Source of the DNA: a virus
IMG/VR virus record: IMGVR_UViG_3300002542_000355
Location: 11,781-75,780 of that record
Reading direction: 5' to 3' (one strand)
DNA length: 64,000 nt
Shown: positions 1 to 9,348 of the stretch, in pieces
How positions within the stretch are numbered: the first letter of the stretch is position 1
How the letters are laid out: every line of letters begins with the position of its first letter
Translations under genes and position numbers: made by a program
Notes under the pieces: model-generated
Database searches by the model: none
Told to the model about the DNA's origin: nothing
The model's input: only the letters and a program-made list of their open reading frames with translations

Positions 1-690
1 TCTGTATTGATCGCGTTGATTAATCAAACCATTGGTGCAAACCAAACGATAAATGATAAATTGGATTGATATTTTACTTTTACCAACTTCGCTGTTTCGC
101 AAATGAATTGCAGGAAATACAATGTCATCTGTTACGCCAAATCTAACTTCATGTTCTGGTAATTTTCCAATTGTTTTTTTCAAGTGAGGCATTGTAAACC
201 GAACATCCATATAGTCGCTTGTTACGTTAAAATGTTCCGCTTGTAATTCGCTGAAGTCGTATTTTTCAATTTCTTTTAGGATCGGCAAATTATCCAAAAC
301 ATTATATCTGTCGCTAAATGCTCCGCGAATCAAATGTCTGTCGCCTTCATTATATGTTCTAATAAAAATGTCTGTATCATTTTTTAAAGTTTCAAGTCCT
401 CTTTGAATATTCATTTTAAACACTTCTTGATCTCGTTCAATTTCGTATGTGCTTTTCCCCTGCTTGTCCATCAATTTAGCCATATAAGATGACGGCAAAT
501 CCAATTTAGCACAAAATGTTTGCAATCCCGTTTTAGTAAAGTCAACGATCCCCAAACCATCAATATGTAGGCTGTTATCACGAATTGAAATGTCTTTCGG
601 CTTTTTCATAACATCGACTTTCTTTTGTTCAAGTGCTTCAATTTCTTCCAGTACCTTTTTAAATTTTTCTCCAAGATCGATTTTCTTCAA
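1..690 (-). CDS. DUF932-like protein, runs off the left edge (partial)
   Basis: Not in the ORF track. RBS AAGGAG then TTG at 690; frame open to position 1. Contains the HLRNSEVGKSKINIQFIVYRLVCTNGL motif typical of DUF932 proteins. Confidence 0.75.
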   Translation of the reverse strand, partial: MKKIDLGEKFKKVLEEIEALEQKKVDVMKKPKDISIRDNSLHIDGLGIVDFTKTGLQTFCAKLDLPSSYMAKLMDKQGKSTYEIERDQEVFKMNIQRGLETLKNDTDIFIRTYNEGDRHLIRGAFSDRYNVLDNLPILKEIEKYDFSELQAEHFNVTSDYMDVRFTMPHLKKTIGKLPEHEVRFGVTDDIVFPAIHLRNSEVGKSKISIQFIIYRLVCTNGLINQRDQYR

Positions 691-723
691 TGAAAACCAC
701 TCCTTAATATTATTTACAATTAT

Positions 724-752
724 ATTGTACGTTTAATATTATTTTATGTCAA
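724..752 (-). promoter_or_regulatory. sigmaA-type promoter for the DUF932-like gene
   Basis: TTGACA-17 nt-TACAAT on the minus strand. Confidence 0.75.
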
Positions 753-866
753 TATTATTTTTATATTTTATTTTTTTATACCCATTCTTTTTACACTCCC
801 TTTTATTAAAATTGTCATTTTATTTAACTTAAAAAATAGTATAACAAAATCAATGACCTATTCAAA

Positions 867-1133
867 TCATACATTGTCATAATCTTTAATCGTTACACTC
901 ACATCATTTGCATTATATGCAACTTCTGCTACTCCTCCCCTAACAAAAATAATAGCGTCGAATTTGTTAACTTCTTCTTTTTTGATTTCTGGATCGCCAT
1001 TATCAAAATCAACAATCTTTACATTAACATTTCCTTTATTTTCTTCAATATGTACAACTCCACCATTAACAGCTACAGCCACATATTTCATATTAGTCAT
1101 CCTTTCTTTATTTTTGTTTATCGCCATTTCCAT
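867..1133 (-). CDS. hypothetical protein with an internal tandem repeat
   Basis: ORF; the motif V.GGV..i..n.n.V.V.I.D.DN occurs twice. Confidence 0.7.
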   Translation of the reverse strand: MEMAINKNKERMTNMKYVAVAVNGGVVHIEENKGNVNVKIVDFDNGDPEIKKEEVNKFDAIIFVRGGVAEVAYNANDVSVTIKDYDNV

Positions 1134-1309
1134 TTCTCATCATCAAATACTAAAACTGTACCAAATGGCGTCATGGCATAAACGTCCCATTGACTGTTAT
1201 CATTTCTTTCTAATTTATTTTTTATTTCAAAAACTTTATCAATATTAACAAATCTTTTTTTATATTCTTCACCTGTATTGAAATTCTTTAATATAAATTT
1301 CGTCTTCAT
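1118..1309 (-). CDS. hypothetical protein
   Basis: ORF with RBS GAGGAG, operonic. Confidence 0.7.
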   Translation of the reverse strand: MKTKFILKNFNTGEEYKKRFVNIDKVFEIKNKLERNDNSQWDVYAMTPFGTVLVFDDEKWKWR

Positions 1310-1330
1310 CCAATACTCCTCCTCAATTTT

Positions 1331-1747
1331 TTACGGTCCAACGAGAATAATTCTTAATCCCTTTACGGCCCATTTTCTTTGCTCTTCCGTTGGAGAATAT
1401 AACACTTTACTCAACCAATATGCAGCTTCTTCTCTAGTAAATTTATTAATCCTTTCAGTCATAGCAACAATTTTATTAATGTCATGCATTCCTTTTTGTA
1501 ATCGAAATAGTAACGCTAATTTAACTCCTGCGCTTTGATTTTCATCAAATTCTACATTGAATTCTGTTAATGAGTCTGTTAACAAATAGTGATAATTTTG
1601 CGGAATTCCCAAATCATTCGTTTCTCCTGAAATAATATCTTTTAGTATCGTTCTACATGCTCTATATGTAGCATAATCCATTTCACCCATAATTTCGCTG
1701 TCATAAATCACTCTTAATTTTTTACCTTTAGTCAATAAGCAAATCAT
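1331..1747 (-). CDS. hypothetical protein
   Basis: ORF with RBS, operonic. Confidence 0.75.
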   Translation of the reverse strand: MICLLTKGKKLRVIYDSEIMGEMDYATYRACRTILKDIISGETNDLGIPQNYHYLLTDSLTEFNVEFDENQSAGVKLALLFRLQKGMHDINKIVAMTERINKFTREEAAYWLSKVLYSPTEEQRKWAVKGLRIILVGP

Positions 1748-1761
1748 ATTTTCACTTCCTT

Positions 1762-2022
1762 TTACAATCGTGGCTTAAGTCGCTTTTCAATAATCTCTTC
1801 TTCCGTTTTAATATTATTGCAAACATCATACAAATCATTTACTGCATCATCATAATTATCATAATCGCCAAGCGCACGGACAAGGCGATAGACGCCTTTT
1901 TTGGCTCAATGATCTGGTAACGTTTTTTGTCCCAATTGGTATTCTGCTGTTAAACCTCCGCTTTTCCTTACTCTTTCACAGTATTCCAACGTTTTTTGTT
2001 TCAACTCTGTTAAATTTCGCAT
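1762..2022 (-). pseudogene. small gene interrupted by an in-frame TGA at 1906-1908
   Basis: RBS GGAGGG and ATG at 2022; 87 codons to TAA at 1762 with one internal stop (..LPDH*AKKGVYRLV..). Confidence 0.55.
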
Positions 2023-2046
2023 AATAAATATCCCTCCAATTATTAA

Positions 2047-2772
2047 TTACATACGAGTCCTTGTTGTAAACGGTGGAAAATCACAAATCCAATTTGATAC
2101 ATTTCTTTCTTCTTCTGTCCATACCTCTCTATTAAAGACATCGTTTGTCCCCTCAAGTCGTTTGGGATAAGTATAAAATCCAAAGTCAAACACATTTCGC
2201 GCGACCATTCTAACAGTTTGTCCAGTACTGTTATTCCTAATTAAACCATCATAATAGCCATCTTGTCCATTTTCTCCGCCTGATGGTTTAATAAGTTTAT
2301 ATACTTCAATAATAGAATATTTGTTCTTATACATTTCACGTCTTTGTTTTTCTTCCTCTTGTTCTTCTTTCATTTTGTTATATATATCTTCCGTTTCTTC
2401 GATCCATTTGTCAATAATTGTGATTGCTGGTTTAACATATTCATCTTTAAGAGAATATTTGTAAAATGATTTATACAATAAATCTTTATTTCTTTTTTCT
2501 CCCCATTCGTAGTCTTCATTAAAAGCAACTTCGCATATTTCCCAAATGTTATTTTTTTTCGTCAAAAATTGCATTAATTCTAAAACAGAATTGTGAATAT
2601 AATATCCAACATCATAACTGTTATATGAATTGTCAAAAAGATTATTATTCAGTGTGCCAGCATCCATAATGAAAGGTTTTTGAATATTATCTTTAAGTGA
2701 TTTTAAATGTTCTAACGTTTTGTCAATATCAAATAAAAACAAGTAATCAGGATGTCTAAATTTAACTGTCAT
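2047..2772 (-). CDS. hypothetical phage protein
   Basis: 241-aa ORF with RBS GAGGGG. Confidence 0.8.
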   Translation of the reverse strand: MTVKFRHPDYLFLFDIDKTLEHLKSLKDNIQKPFIMDAGTLNNNLFDNSYNSYDVGYYIHNSVLELMQFLTKKNNIWEICEVAFNEDYEWGEKRNKDLLYKSFYKYSLKDEYVKPAITIIDKWIEETEDIYNKMKEEQEEEKQRREMYKNKYSIIEVYKLIKPSGGENGQDGYYDGLIRNNSTGQTVRMVARNVFDFGFYTYPKRLEGTNDVFNREVWTEEERNVSNWICDFPPFTTRTRM

Positions 2773-2789
2773 TGTTATTACACCCCTCT

Positions 2790-3422
2790 TTATTCAATAA
2801 TACTTTTAAAATAATTATGCAAACCTTCGCGCCCAATAAGCCATTCGCCATCTTCTGTCTGTCTTGCGGCGATCTTTTTTGCTTGACACAGTTTAATAAT
2901 AGTATCGTTTGAAACATTATATTTTTTTGCCGCTTCCGCAACTGTCAAAACTTGACTTAGTGTTGCTCTTTGCTCTTTATGTTCAAAATCATGTTTTGCC
3001 CACAATTTTTTTAATCCATTATGGACTGGTATCGGCAATTCCTCCAATCTGTCATAAACTTGATAGGTATCCCATCCCATCATTTTTGCAACGTCACCAA
3101 CATCGATGAATTCTGTTCCAATCAAATTAATGTAATGGAAAAATTTATTTTGTTTCATTTCCTTATTTTCTTCCTTCCAGTCGGGAAAAAAATCAAAGTT
3201 CGCAAAACTTTTACCTTGCAACGTATCAATTTTCAATGAAAACTTTGAAATCAAATCATCGAATAAAAAATATTCATCTACTATATCAAGATCATTTGTA
3301 TTATTAATATCAATTTTATCTTGTTCGTTTTTAAGAAGTTCAACAATTCTTTCAAAAACTTTGATAAAAACATGTTTTTTCATTGCTTTATCCTCCAAAC
3401 GTTTGAATTTATTGATTAACAA
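2790..3422 (-). CDS. protein with a C-terminal excisionase/MerR-like helix-turn-helix (probable start 3383)
   Basis: C-terminus LTVAEAAKKYNVSNDTIIKLCQAKKIAARQTEDGEWLI fits an HTH_17-like pattern; GGAGG precedes MKKHVF. Confidence 0.65.
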   Translation of the reverse strand: MLINKFKRLEDKAMKKHVFIKVFERIVELLKNEQDKIDINNTNDLDIVDEYFLFDDLISKFSLKIDTLQGKSFANFDFFPDWKEENKEMKQNKFFHYINLIGTEFIDVGDVAKMMGWDTYQVYDRLEELPIPVHNGLKKLWAKHDFEHKEQRATLSQVLTVAEAAKKYNVSNDTIIKLCQAKKIAARQTEDGEWLIGREGLHNYFKSIIE

Positions 3423-3464
3423 TAATTAGTGGATTTTTTAACGCTGTTTTGTATTTCTTTTTTG

Positions 3465-3695
3465 CTATTTCATATTTCTCTTTAGCTTCGTTAAATTCTT
3501 CTTTATATTTTTTAACATCATAGGCTCGCCTATAACCTCTCGCCTATAACCTTGCGTTTCCAAAGCAGATACATAACCATCTAGTTCATATGATCGAACA
3601 ATATCAGAATATTCCATTTTACCATTATTATATGCCGTTATTTCATAATTATCCAAATACACAAAATCAATTGTATATTGTTTCATATTTTCCAC
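3465..3695 (-). CDS. hypothetical protein
   Basis: ORF with RBS. Confidence 0.6.
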   Translation of the reverse strand: MENMKQYTIDFVYLDNYEITAYNNGKMEYSDIVRSYELDGYVSALETQGYRREVIGEPMMLKNIKKNLTKLKRNMK

Positions 3696-3777
3696 CCTTT
3701 CTTATTAAAAGACTTGTTTTATCGACTTTTTAATATTTATGACATGGTGTGTTATATGTAATATGTTTCCATGTATT

Positions 3778-4071
3778 ATATAACTCTCTTGCTTCTTCGA
3801 TAATATTACATTGACTCATTAAATAAGCCATTTCTTCAGCAATATAACCATGTCTTATGAACATACCATCATGCATTTTAGGAAAAATTTCTTTTGCTTT
3901 TTTGAATATATCATAGACTATTTTTTCATATTTTGTACACTGTCTTGTTGTTTTCTTGCTGTTATTTTTGAGGAATAAAGTCTTTTAAATCATAATTAAC
4001 TGGTTTTCCTGAAAGTAGCGATTCTTTTACATGATTTTCGTACTTAACATGAGCAATTGTTTATTTCATTT
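3778..4071 (-). pseudogene. decayed small gene
   Basis: GGAGG RBS followed by ATG AAA TAA; protein-like segments continue in shifted frames (..TKYEKIVYDIFKKAKEIFPKMHDG..EAREL*). Boundaries approximate. Confidence 0.4.
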
Positions 4072-4263
4072 GATATAACCTCCGTTTTTTTATATATATT
4101 TTACTTTTTATTCTACAAAAAGTAAAGCAAATTCAATCCAGTTCCCTTTTTTCGTGCGAACAAAAATTTTGTTATTGATTTTCTTGCCGTAAATAAAGCG
4201 CATTATATATCACCCCTTTGAGAATCTTTGGGGGACTATCCATTTCGAATAATCCCCTATATT

Positions 4264-4848
4264 TTATGCAGAATAAGGAACGTCACTTTCAACAATTTCA
4301 CAATTACTCAAAAGATACAATCCGTCAAAAGGTTTGTAACTTTTTTCAGTTACATAGTGATATTTTCCGTCGGCTGTTAACACTAGATTGATTCCCTTTC
4401 TTTTCGTGTGCCAGTCACCCCACGCTGCTATAATTAAATTTTCGTCTTTATTTCTTCTCATTTCTTCTTCTTTTTTGTTGGCAAGATATTGTTTGTATTG
4501 TTTTTCAAGTGGAGTTACACCAATAGCAATCAAATAATCAGCGTTCCAAAGACTTAACGACTTCATGAGAATATTTTCGATTTCGCTGTTATCTTTATTT
4601 CTAAAGAATTTTTGCCAAAAATGTTTCATTTCGAAAACTGGAATAGCATAGTCGCAATCCTCTTCATAGCAATAATAATCTTGGAATCTTGATCCTTTTG
4701 CTCTTGCATATTTTGAAAGCAATTGTTCTGCAATATCTTTATGGATCATAATTCCGCCATGACTAGCAGTTTCAACAATATAAACACCATCGACAACAGT
4801 TTTGCAATGATGAATATATCCCCATGGAGAAGTTGAAATCTGAATCAT
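4264..4848 (-). CDS. DUF7007-like protein
   Basis: N-terminal SPWG...DGVYIVETASHGGI...YEEDCDYAI motif. Confidence 0.65.
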   Translation of the reverse strand: MIQISTSPWGYIHHCKTVVDGVYIVETASHGGIMIHKDIAEQLLSKYARAKGSRFQDYYCYEEDCDYAIPVFEMKHFWQKFFRNKDNSEIENILMKSLSLWNADYLIAIGVTPLEKQYKQYLANKKEEEMRRNKDENLIIAAWGDWHTKRKGINLVLTADGKYHYVTEKSYKPFDGLYLLSNCEIVESDVPYSA

Positions 4849-4899
4849 TTTATAACACTCCTTTTAATATTATTATTTTAGTTTTTTAATTTTTGTTAT

Positions 4900-5208
4900 T
4901 TAAACTGTCTTGTTATACAATGGTGATTCCCCATATTTCTTGATACATTCTGTTATTTGTTTTTCAAAATCGTCATGACCAATTTTTTGCAAATTTCTTT
5001 TAAAGTCTTCAGTGCAAAGATTTTTGGTTTTACCTTGTGCAACAGAAATGCCTGTCCTTGGCTCGATTAAACAATTAGAATAATAACCATAGAATTTTAC
5101 GTTTTTTACATAGTATAATATGTATCCTTCTACTTTTACTTCGGTTCCAGTACATTCGATCCATTCCAATTTGTCTTCACTTCTTGAAAGGCGATACAAT
5201 TTTTTCAT
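4900..5208 (-). CDS. hypothetical protein
   Basis: ORF, operonic. Confidence 0.7.
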   Translation of the reverse strand: MKKLYRLSRSEDKLEWIECTGTEVKVEGYILYYVKNVKFYGYYSNCLIEPRTGISVAQGKTKNLCTEDFKRNLQKIGHDDFEKQITECIKKYGESPLYNKTV

Positions 5209-5209
5209 T

Positions 5210-5377
5210 TTATTTAACTTCGCGCCATACTAAATCAGGACGAACATCACCAATTATTAAACCATTTTCAGTTTGTAATGAGCAAAACCTAGAATATTTA
5301 TTTTCAATAAATTCTTGAAAAGAATAATTGTGACGTTCAATTACACGACCAGTCTTTAATTCTATTAATTCAAACAT
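5210..5377 (-). CDS. small hypothetical protein (55 aa)
   Basis: Not in the ORF track. RBS AAGGGAG; MFELIELKTGRVIERH..WREVK*; abuts the next gene. Confidence 0.55.
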   Translation of the reverse strand: MFELIELKTGRVIERHNYSFQEFIENKYSRFCSLQTENGLIIGDVRPDLVWREVK

Positions 5378-5453
5378 CTTTATTTGCTCCCTTCTGTTAA
5401 AATGTAGATTTTAACAGGCACATAGTAATTATACTATGTGCCTGTTATGGTTA

Positions 5454-6641
5454 TTAAGCAGTATATTGGTACAAATACCAGTCGCCGTCATTCACAACAA
5501 AATTTCCGCTTCTGTCTTGTTTTACTTGTCGTCTTTCTTGCTTGTCTGTTACAAATTTATCCCTGATTGGTTTTCCTTCTTCAATAGCAATTTTTTGGAT
5601 TGTTACGCTTTTTTCTGTCACTTTCACAACTTGATAAGCTGAAATAACAGCAGTACCAGCAATATTTTTCCTTACAAGGATGTCACCAATGTTAAACGGA
5701 TTTTTGATTTCTTTTTTCTCCTCCTTCCAGTCTTCAGGAATTTTGACTTCTTGAATTTCTGCATAATTATATTTCAATGTCCAATTATTCCATGGAAATT
5801 TTACTTCAATTGTTTTTGAATTTGCTTTTATAACTTCCGCCCAATCATTTTGAATTTTAACTAAATAACCTGATTTAATATCATTTTTTGTATATATTTT
5901 ACCAATCGCGTCTAATTTATTTTGAAAAAATGCCAACTTATCCACTTCATATTCCATTTTATCTAATAAAGATTGTAACCATTCTTGATTATTTTTTTCT
6001 TCTGCTGTTACAATCAACCGTTCATACTTTCTTATATTCGCTTCACATTCTTGAATTCTGTTATTAAGATATGAACGGTCTTGTAATTGTGTCATGCTTG
6101 CGGTTTGATGGGCTGTTATGGCCTTTTGCTTGAAGTATTCACTTTTTCGATATTCTTCAAAACCTTTATGATATCTGTCGTATATGCGTTGTCTTTGTCT
6201 AGCAAAAGCTTCCGATGCAGCATGTCCTGCAATGATCGGTTGTGTGAAAAAAGCAATATCATGATTTCGCAAATACTCATTCATTTCTGCTTGCAACATT
6301 TCAGCACGTTTTTCTGCATTTTCTGCATATTTTTCATAACGTTCGGCACGTCTTTCTGCTCGATCTACTTTCCGTTGCAATTCTTCCGCATATGTAAGCT
6401 TTTCACCCACTTTTCCGCCGTTTGTAAAACCAAACTGTTCAGCCGTTCGAATTGCCATGTAATGACTATTCTTTGAACGTGAAACCCATGCTTGGCGTTG
6501 AGGCGACCACAAGAAGAAACGTTTCAGGTTTGCTTTTTGGTCTGCTGTTAATGCTTGGTATTCGGATTTATTGAAATGTAATTCGATTTTTCCGGTTTCC
6601 TGATTCAACACATATTGTTTTTCTGCTGCTGTTACACTCAT
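5454..6641 (-). CDS. DUF3560-like protein
   Basis: RKVDRAERRAERYEKYAENAEKRA...FFTQPIIAGH motif, characteristic of DUF3560 in mobile-element polyvalent proteins. Confidence 0.75.
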   Translation of the reverse strand: MSVTAAEKQYVLNQETGKIELHFNKSEYQALTADQKANLKRFFLWSPQRQAWVSRSKNSHYMAIRTAEQFGFTNGGKVGEKLTYAEELQRKVDRAERRAERYEKYAENAEKRAEMLQAEMNEYLRNHDIAFFTQPIIAGHAASEAFARQRQRIYDRYHKGFEEYRKSEYFKQKAITAHQTASMTQLQDRSYLNNRIQECEANIRKYERLIVTAEEKNNQEWLQSLLDKMEYEVDKLAFFQNKLDAIGKIYTKNDIKSGYLVKIQNDWAEVIKANSKTIEVKFPWNNWTLKYNYAEIQEVKIPEDWKEEKKEIKNPFNIGDILVRKNIAGTAVISAYQVVKVTEKSVTIQKIAIEEGKPIRDKFVTDKQERRQVKQDRSGNFVVNDGDWYLYQYTA

Positions 6642-6675
6642 TTTTCATTTCCCCTTTATTATTATTTTATTTTAA

Positions 6676-6789
6676 TCAAGCATGTTCAATAAATTCCAGT
6701 AATTCATCGTATGTCATGTTATGAATAGGTTTAAAACGACTTTGAGGAAAGACAAGACGGAAAAGAAAATGCAGAATTTTCATTTTCAT
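6676..6789 (-). CDS. small hypothetical protein (37 aa)
   Basis: RBS AAGGAGG; MKMKILHFLFRLVFPQ..FIEHA*. Confidence 0.4.
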   Translation of the reverse strand: MKMKILHFLFRLVFPQSRFKPIHNMTYDELLEFIEHA

Positions 6790-6849
6790 TTTCAATCCTC
6801 CTTTCGTCTTATTTGAATAGATTATATTATATTTTATGTTGACTCGACA

Positions 6850-7044
6850 AGACATATTTTCTTTTTTCTAATCCTTCTTTATATTCTTCAATCACTCCAA
6901 ACAATTTCAATTGGTTCAATATACTTTTAATCAGCCAAAAATCTTTTGTTAAACCGCTGTTATCAATGATTTCATCAATGGTGACAGGTTTATTTGCACG
7001 TTTCATGAAGTTGATGATGTTTTTTTCAATTGTTGGTCAGTCAT
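6850..7044 (-). pseudogene. frameshifted small wHTH-like gene
   Basis: ATG overlaps the upstream stop (ATGA); one missing A in an A7 run at 7020-7026 would restore LKKNIINFMKRANKPVTIDEII... End approximate. Confidence 0.45.
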
Positions 7045-7286
7045 TGGATCATCACTCCTATTACATAGAATGGTTTTACATTTGGTTTCAATCGTTTCCA
7101 TGTTGTAGTTGGTGAATATGTTTGTTCCCATCCACAAAAATAATCGATAAAATCTTGATCAATATTATTGCTTACTACTTGATCGTCTACAATTTTGATT
7201 TTCCAGCCCTTGTTATTGATAACTTTTTCGATTAGTTTTGATTTACATTTATATCTTTCATGCAATTTGATTATCATTTTTATCAC
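7041..7286 (-). CDS. hypothetical protein
   Basis: ORF with RBS GGAG. Confidence 0.65.
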   Translation of the reverse strand: MIKMIIKLHERYKCKSKLIEKVINNKGWKIKIVDDQVVSNNIDQDFIDYFCGWEQTYSPTTTWKRLKPNVKPFYVIGVMIQ

Positions 7287-7313
7287 TCCTGTTATAATTT
7301 TATTTTCTCTTTT

Positions 7314-7670
7314 TTATGAATAGATTAATTCCCTTCCAGTAATAATACAATATGCCTCTTCTCCTATAATAAATTCTTCATTGTCAATAATAAATTGACC
7401 GTTGATATATTGTAAAATTTTCCCATTTTCGAGTAATAATCCATTTTCTGATAATAATGCTTCATGTTTTTTCTTTAACTTTTCATGTTCAGCTAATGTT
7501 ATATTTGGGACTATTGCCCAAAAAATACAATCATCTTTATAAATTCTTTTTGTTTCTCCTGCCACATTAAAAAAGATGCATTTTTCTGTTATTTTGATAT
7601 TATCTGAATAGACATTCCCAAAAACATGCTTATCGTCTTTAAGTTTGAAATATAAACCGTTTTTTGTCAT
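7314..7670 (-). CDS. hypothetical protein
   Basis: ORF with RBS AAGGAG. Confidence 0.75.
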   Translation of the reverse strand: MTKNGLYFKLKDDKHVFGNVYSDNIKITEKCIFFNVAGETKRIYKDDCIFWAIVPNITLAEHEKLKKKHEALLSENGLLLENGKILQYINGQFIIDNEEFIIGEEAYCIITGRELIYS

Positions 7671-7807
7671 GTTATTTCACTCCTTAATTTATATTATTTT
7701 ATTCCTGCTATCGACTCATAAAGCAAATGTTTACAAGTCCATAGCAGGAATAAAATCCTGCTTTTAACTGGATATGAAAATTAAGCGGATCGGCTCTGCT
7801 TGGATTG

Positions 7808-8056
7808 TTATAAATTCATTTGTCGTTCGTAACGATCAATTGCAGAATCATATACTTTGTCTTCAAATTGTTTGCTGTTAAGATATTCTTCATAGTTAAA
7901 ATTGGGATCATAGGAAATAATGTCAATTCCCATATTATCATAAATAACCATCACTTCAGCATTCGTCAATCCATGCTCTGGTGAATTTATACAACGTTCA
8001 AAAACCACTTCCGCAGGATAGTTTTCAATGTCAATAATAGTTTTATAAAGAATCAT
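7808..8056 (-). CDS. hypothetical protein
   Basis: ORF with RBS GGAGG. Confidence 0.75.
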   Translation of the reverse strand: MILYKTIIDIENYPAEVVFERCINSPEHGLTNAEVMVIYDNMGIDIISYDPNFNYEEYLNSKQFEDKVYDSAIDRYERQMNL

Positions 8057-8127
8057 TTTATATCGCCTCCAAATATAATATTTGATATTATTTAAAATAA
8101 AAAACAGGCAATAAGATGGAATACTTG

Positions 8128-8313
8128 TTATTTGGTTGCTGATTGTTCATTTTGCGCTGTTATAATTTGCATTGCTTCATGTCCGTATAGTACAGACATG
8201 CAATGTTTACATTGAAGCGCAGGAATGTTGTTATTGTTTTTGTTAACTGTTATTTGTATGAATCCTCTATTTCCGCACTCAACGCACAACAAATTGTTAA
8301 TATCTGTAGTCAT
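8128..8313 (-). CDS. YgiT-type zinc-finger protein, putative antitoxin
   Basis: CVEC...CKHC zinc ribbon directly downstream of a DUF4258-like gene. Confidence 0.55.
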   Translation of the reverse strand: MTTDINNLLCVECGNRGFIQITVNKNNNNIPALQCKHCMSVLYGHEAMQIITAQNEQSATK

Positions 8314-8336
8314 GTTATCACCCTTTTTTATTGTTA

Positions 8337-8642
8337 TTAATGATTATATAGTTTATTTATGACTGTAACAACATGTATTGTCCGTGTTTTTTCGTCAATT
8401 ACAAAAACAATATGTTTGTTTTTATCACTCCCATGAATTTTATATGCGTAATATCTCTTTTCTGTTAAACGAATGTCTAATAATTCAATAGGATTCGACA
8501 GCGCATTTATTATATCATCATATGATATTTTACGTTGTTCCATGCGTTGTTCGGCGTGTTCTGTTATGTAAATATTATGTAAATCCTTGGATAGTATCCG
8601 ACAGACCGTAAATAATTGTTCTTGATTAAGTCTTATTGCCAT
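8337..8642 (-). CDS. DUF4258-like (RelE-superfamily) putative toxin/RNase
   Basis: ITEHAEQRMEQRKISYDDIINAL...HIVFVID...VVTV matches the DUF4258 pattern. Confidence 0.65.
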   Translation of the reverse strand: MAIRLNQEQLFTVCRILSKDLHNIYITEHAEQRMEQRKISYDDIINALSNPIELLDIRLTEKRYYAYKIHGSDKNKHIVFVIDEKTRTIHVVTVINKLYNH

Positions 8643-8665
8643 GTTATTCCCCCCGTTCTGTTATT

Positions 8666-8738
8666 CGCAACCTAGACCGCTGTTATATGCGGTCTAACGC
8701 TTCCGGCTTAATGCGCTGTTTAGAGTCGCCGGAACGAC
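8666..8738 (-). ncRNA. pistol self-cleaving ribozyme
   Basis: Minus strand reads AGUCG UUCCGG CGACU CUAACAG CGCA UUAA GCCGGAA GCG UUAGACCGC auauaaca GCGGUCUAG G^U UGCG. P1, the loop pseudoknot (UUCCGG/CCGGAA), P2 (CGCA/UGCG), P3, and the conserved UUAAG, GCG and G^U are all present. Confidence 0.88.
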
Positions 8739-8740
8739 TG

Positions 8741-9073
8741 TTAAACTGTTACACACGTCAAACCTTTTTGCCATATATGGTTAGAAATAGCTTGTAAATT
8801 GTGTTTCATTCCTTCCATCCAGTCATAAATATTATCTTGTTCCGTCCATGTGAATATGATAACTACTTCTCTATTCTCGATATCCAGTTTGTAATTTTTT
8901 ATATAGTGCAAGTCAGGAGATGAAACATCATTGATTAGATTTTCGACATATTCAAATATCAATTTTTTGTTACGTTTAATATATTGTTTTTGCGTTCCTT
9001 CTCCGTCCCAATCGTCGAGCAATCTAGAAATAATGGGACGAACATTGATGATGATTTTTTTAGTCATAGTCAT
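8741..9073 (-). CDS. hypothetical protein, paralogue B of 9917-10252
   Basis: MTMTKKIIINVRPIIS..; near-identical to the upstream copy, including the RBS. Confidence 0.85.
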   Translation of the reverse strand: MTMTKKIIINVRPIISRLLDDWDGEGTQKQYIKRNKKLIFEYVENLINDVSSPDLHYIKNYKLDIENREVVIIFTWTEQDNIYDWMEGMKHNLQAISNHIWQKGLTCVTV

Positions 9074-9094
9074 GTTATCACTCCTTAATCATGC

Positions 9095-9319
9095 TCAATC
9101 ATTCCAAAATACTAGGCAAGAAACGTCGATCCCGTGCGCCTGCGCTTGGGCAAGGATTTCAGCTTTCAACGCGTCATACGTCCCGGTTTCATCACCTTCC
9201 ACCGGCGGCATCTCGGCATACAACTCGATTCCATCCACGTCGGCCTTCATGAAATCGACGCCAACGCCGGGATTTTCCCGGCTTTCTCCAGAACCGTAAT
9301 AAACCAGATGCTTTTCCAT
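9095..9319 (-). CDS. hypothetical protein
   Basis: RBS AAAGGGTG; GC-rich ORF directly downstream of hammerhead 1. Confidence 0.75.
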   Translation of the reverse strand: MEKHLVYYGSGESRENPGVGVDFMKADVDGIELYAEMPPVEGDETGTYDALKAEILAQAQAHGIDVSCLVFWND

Positions 9320-9348
9320 ATCTAATCACCCTTTCATAGTTTTGCGGC

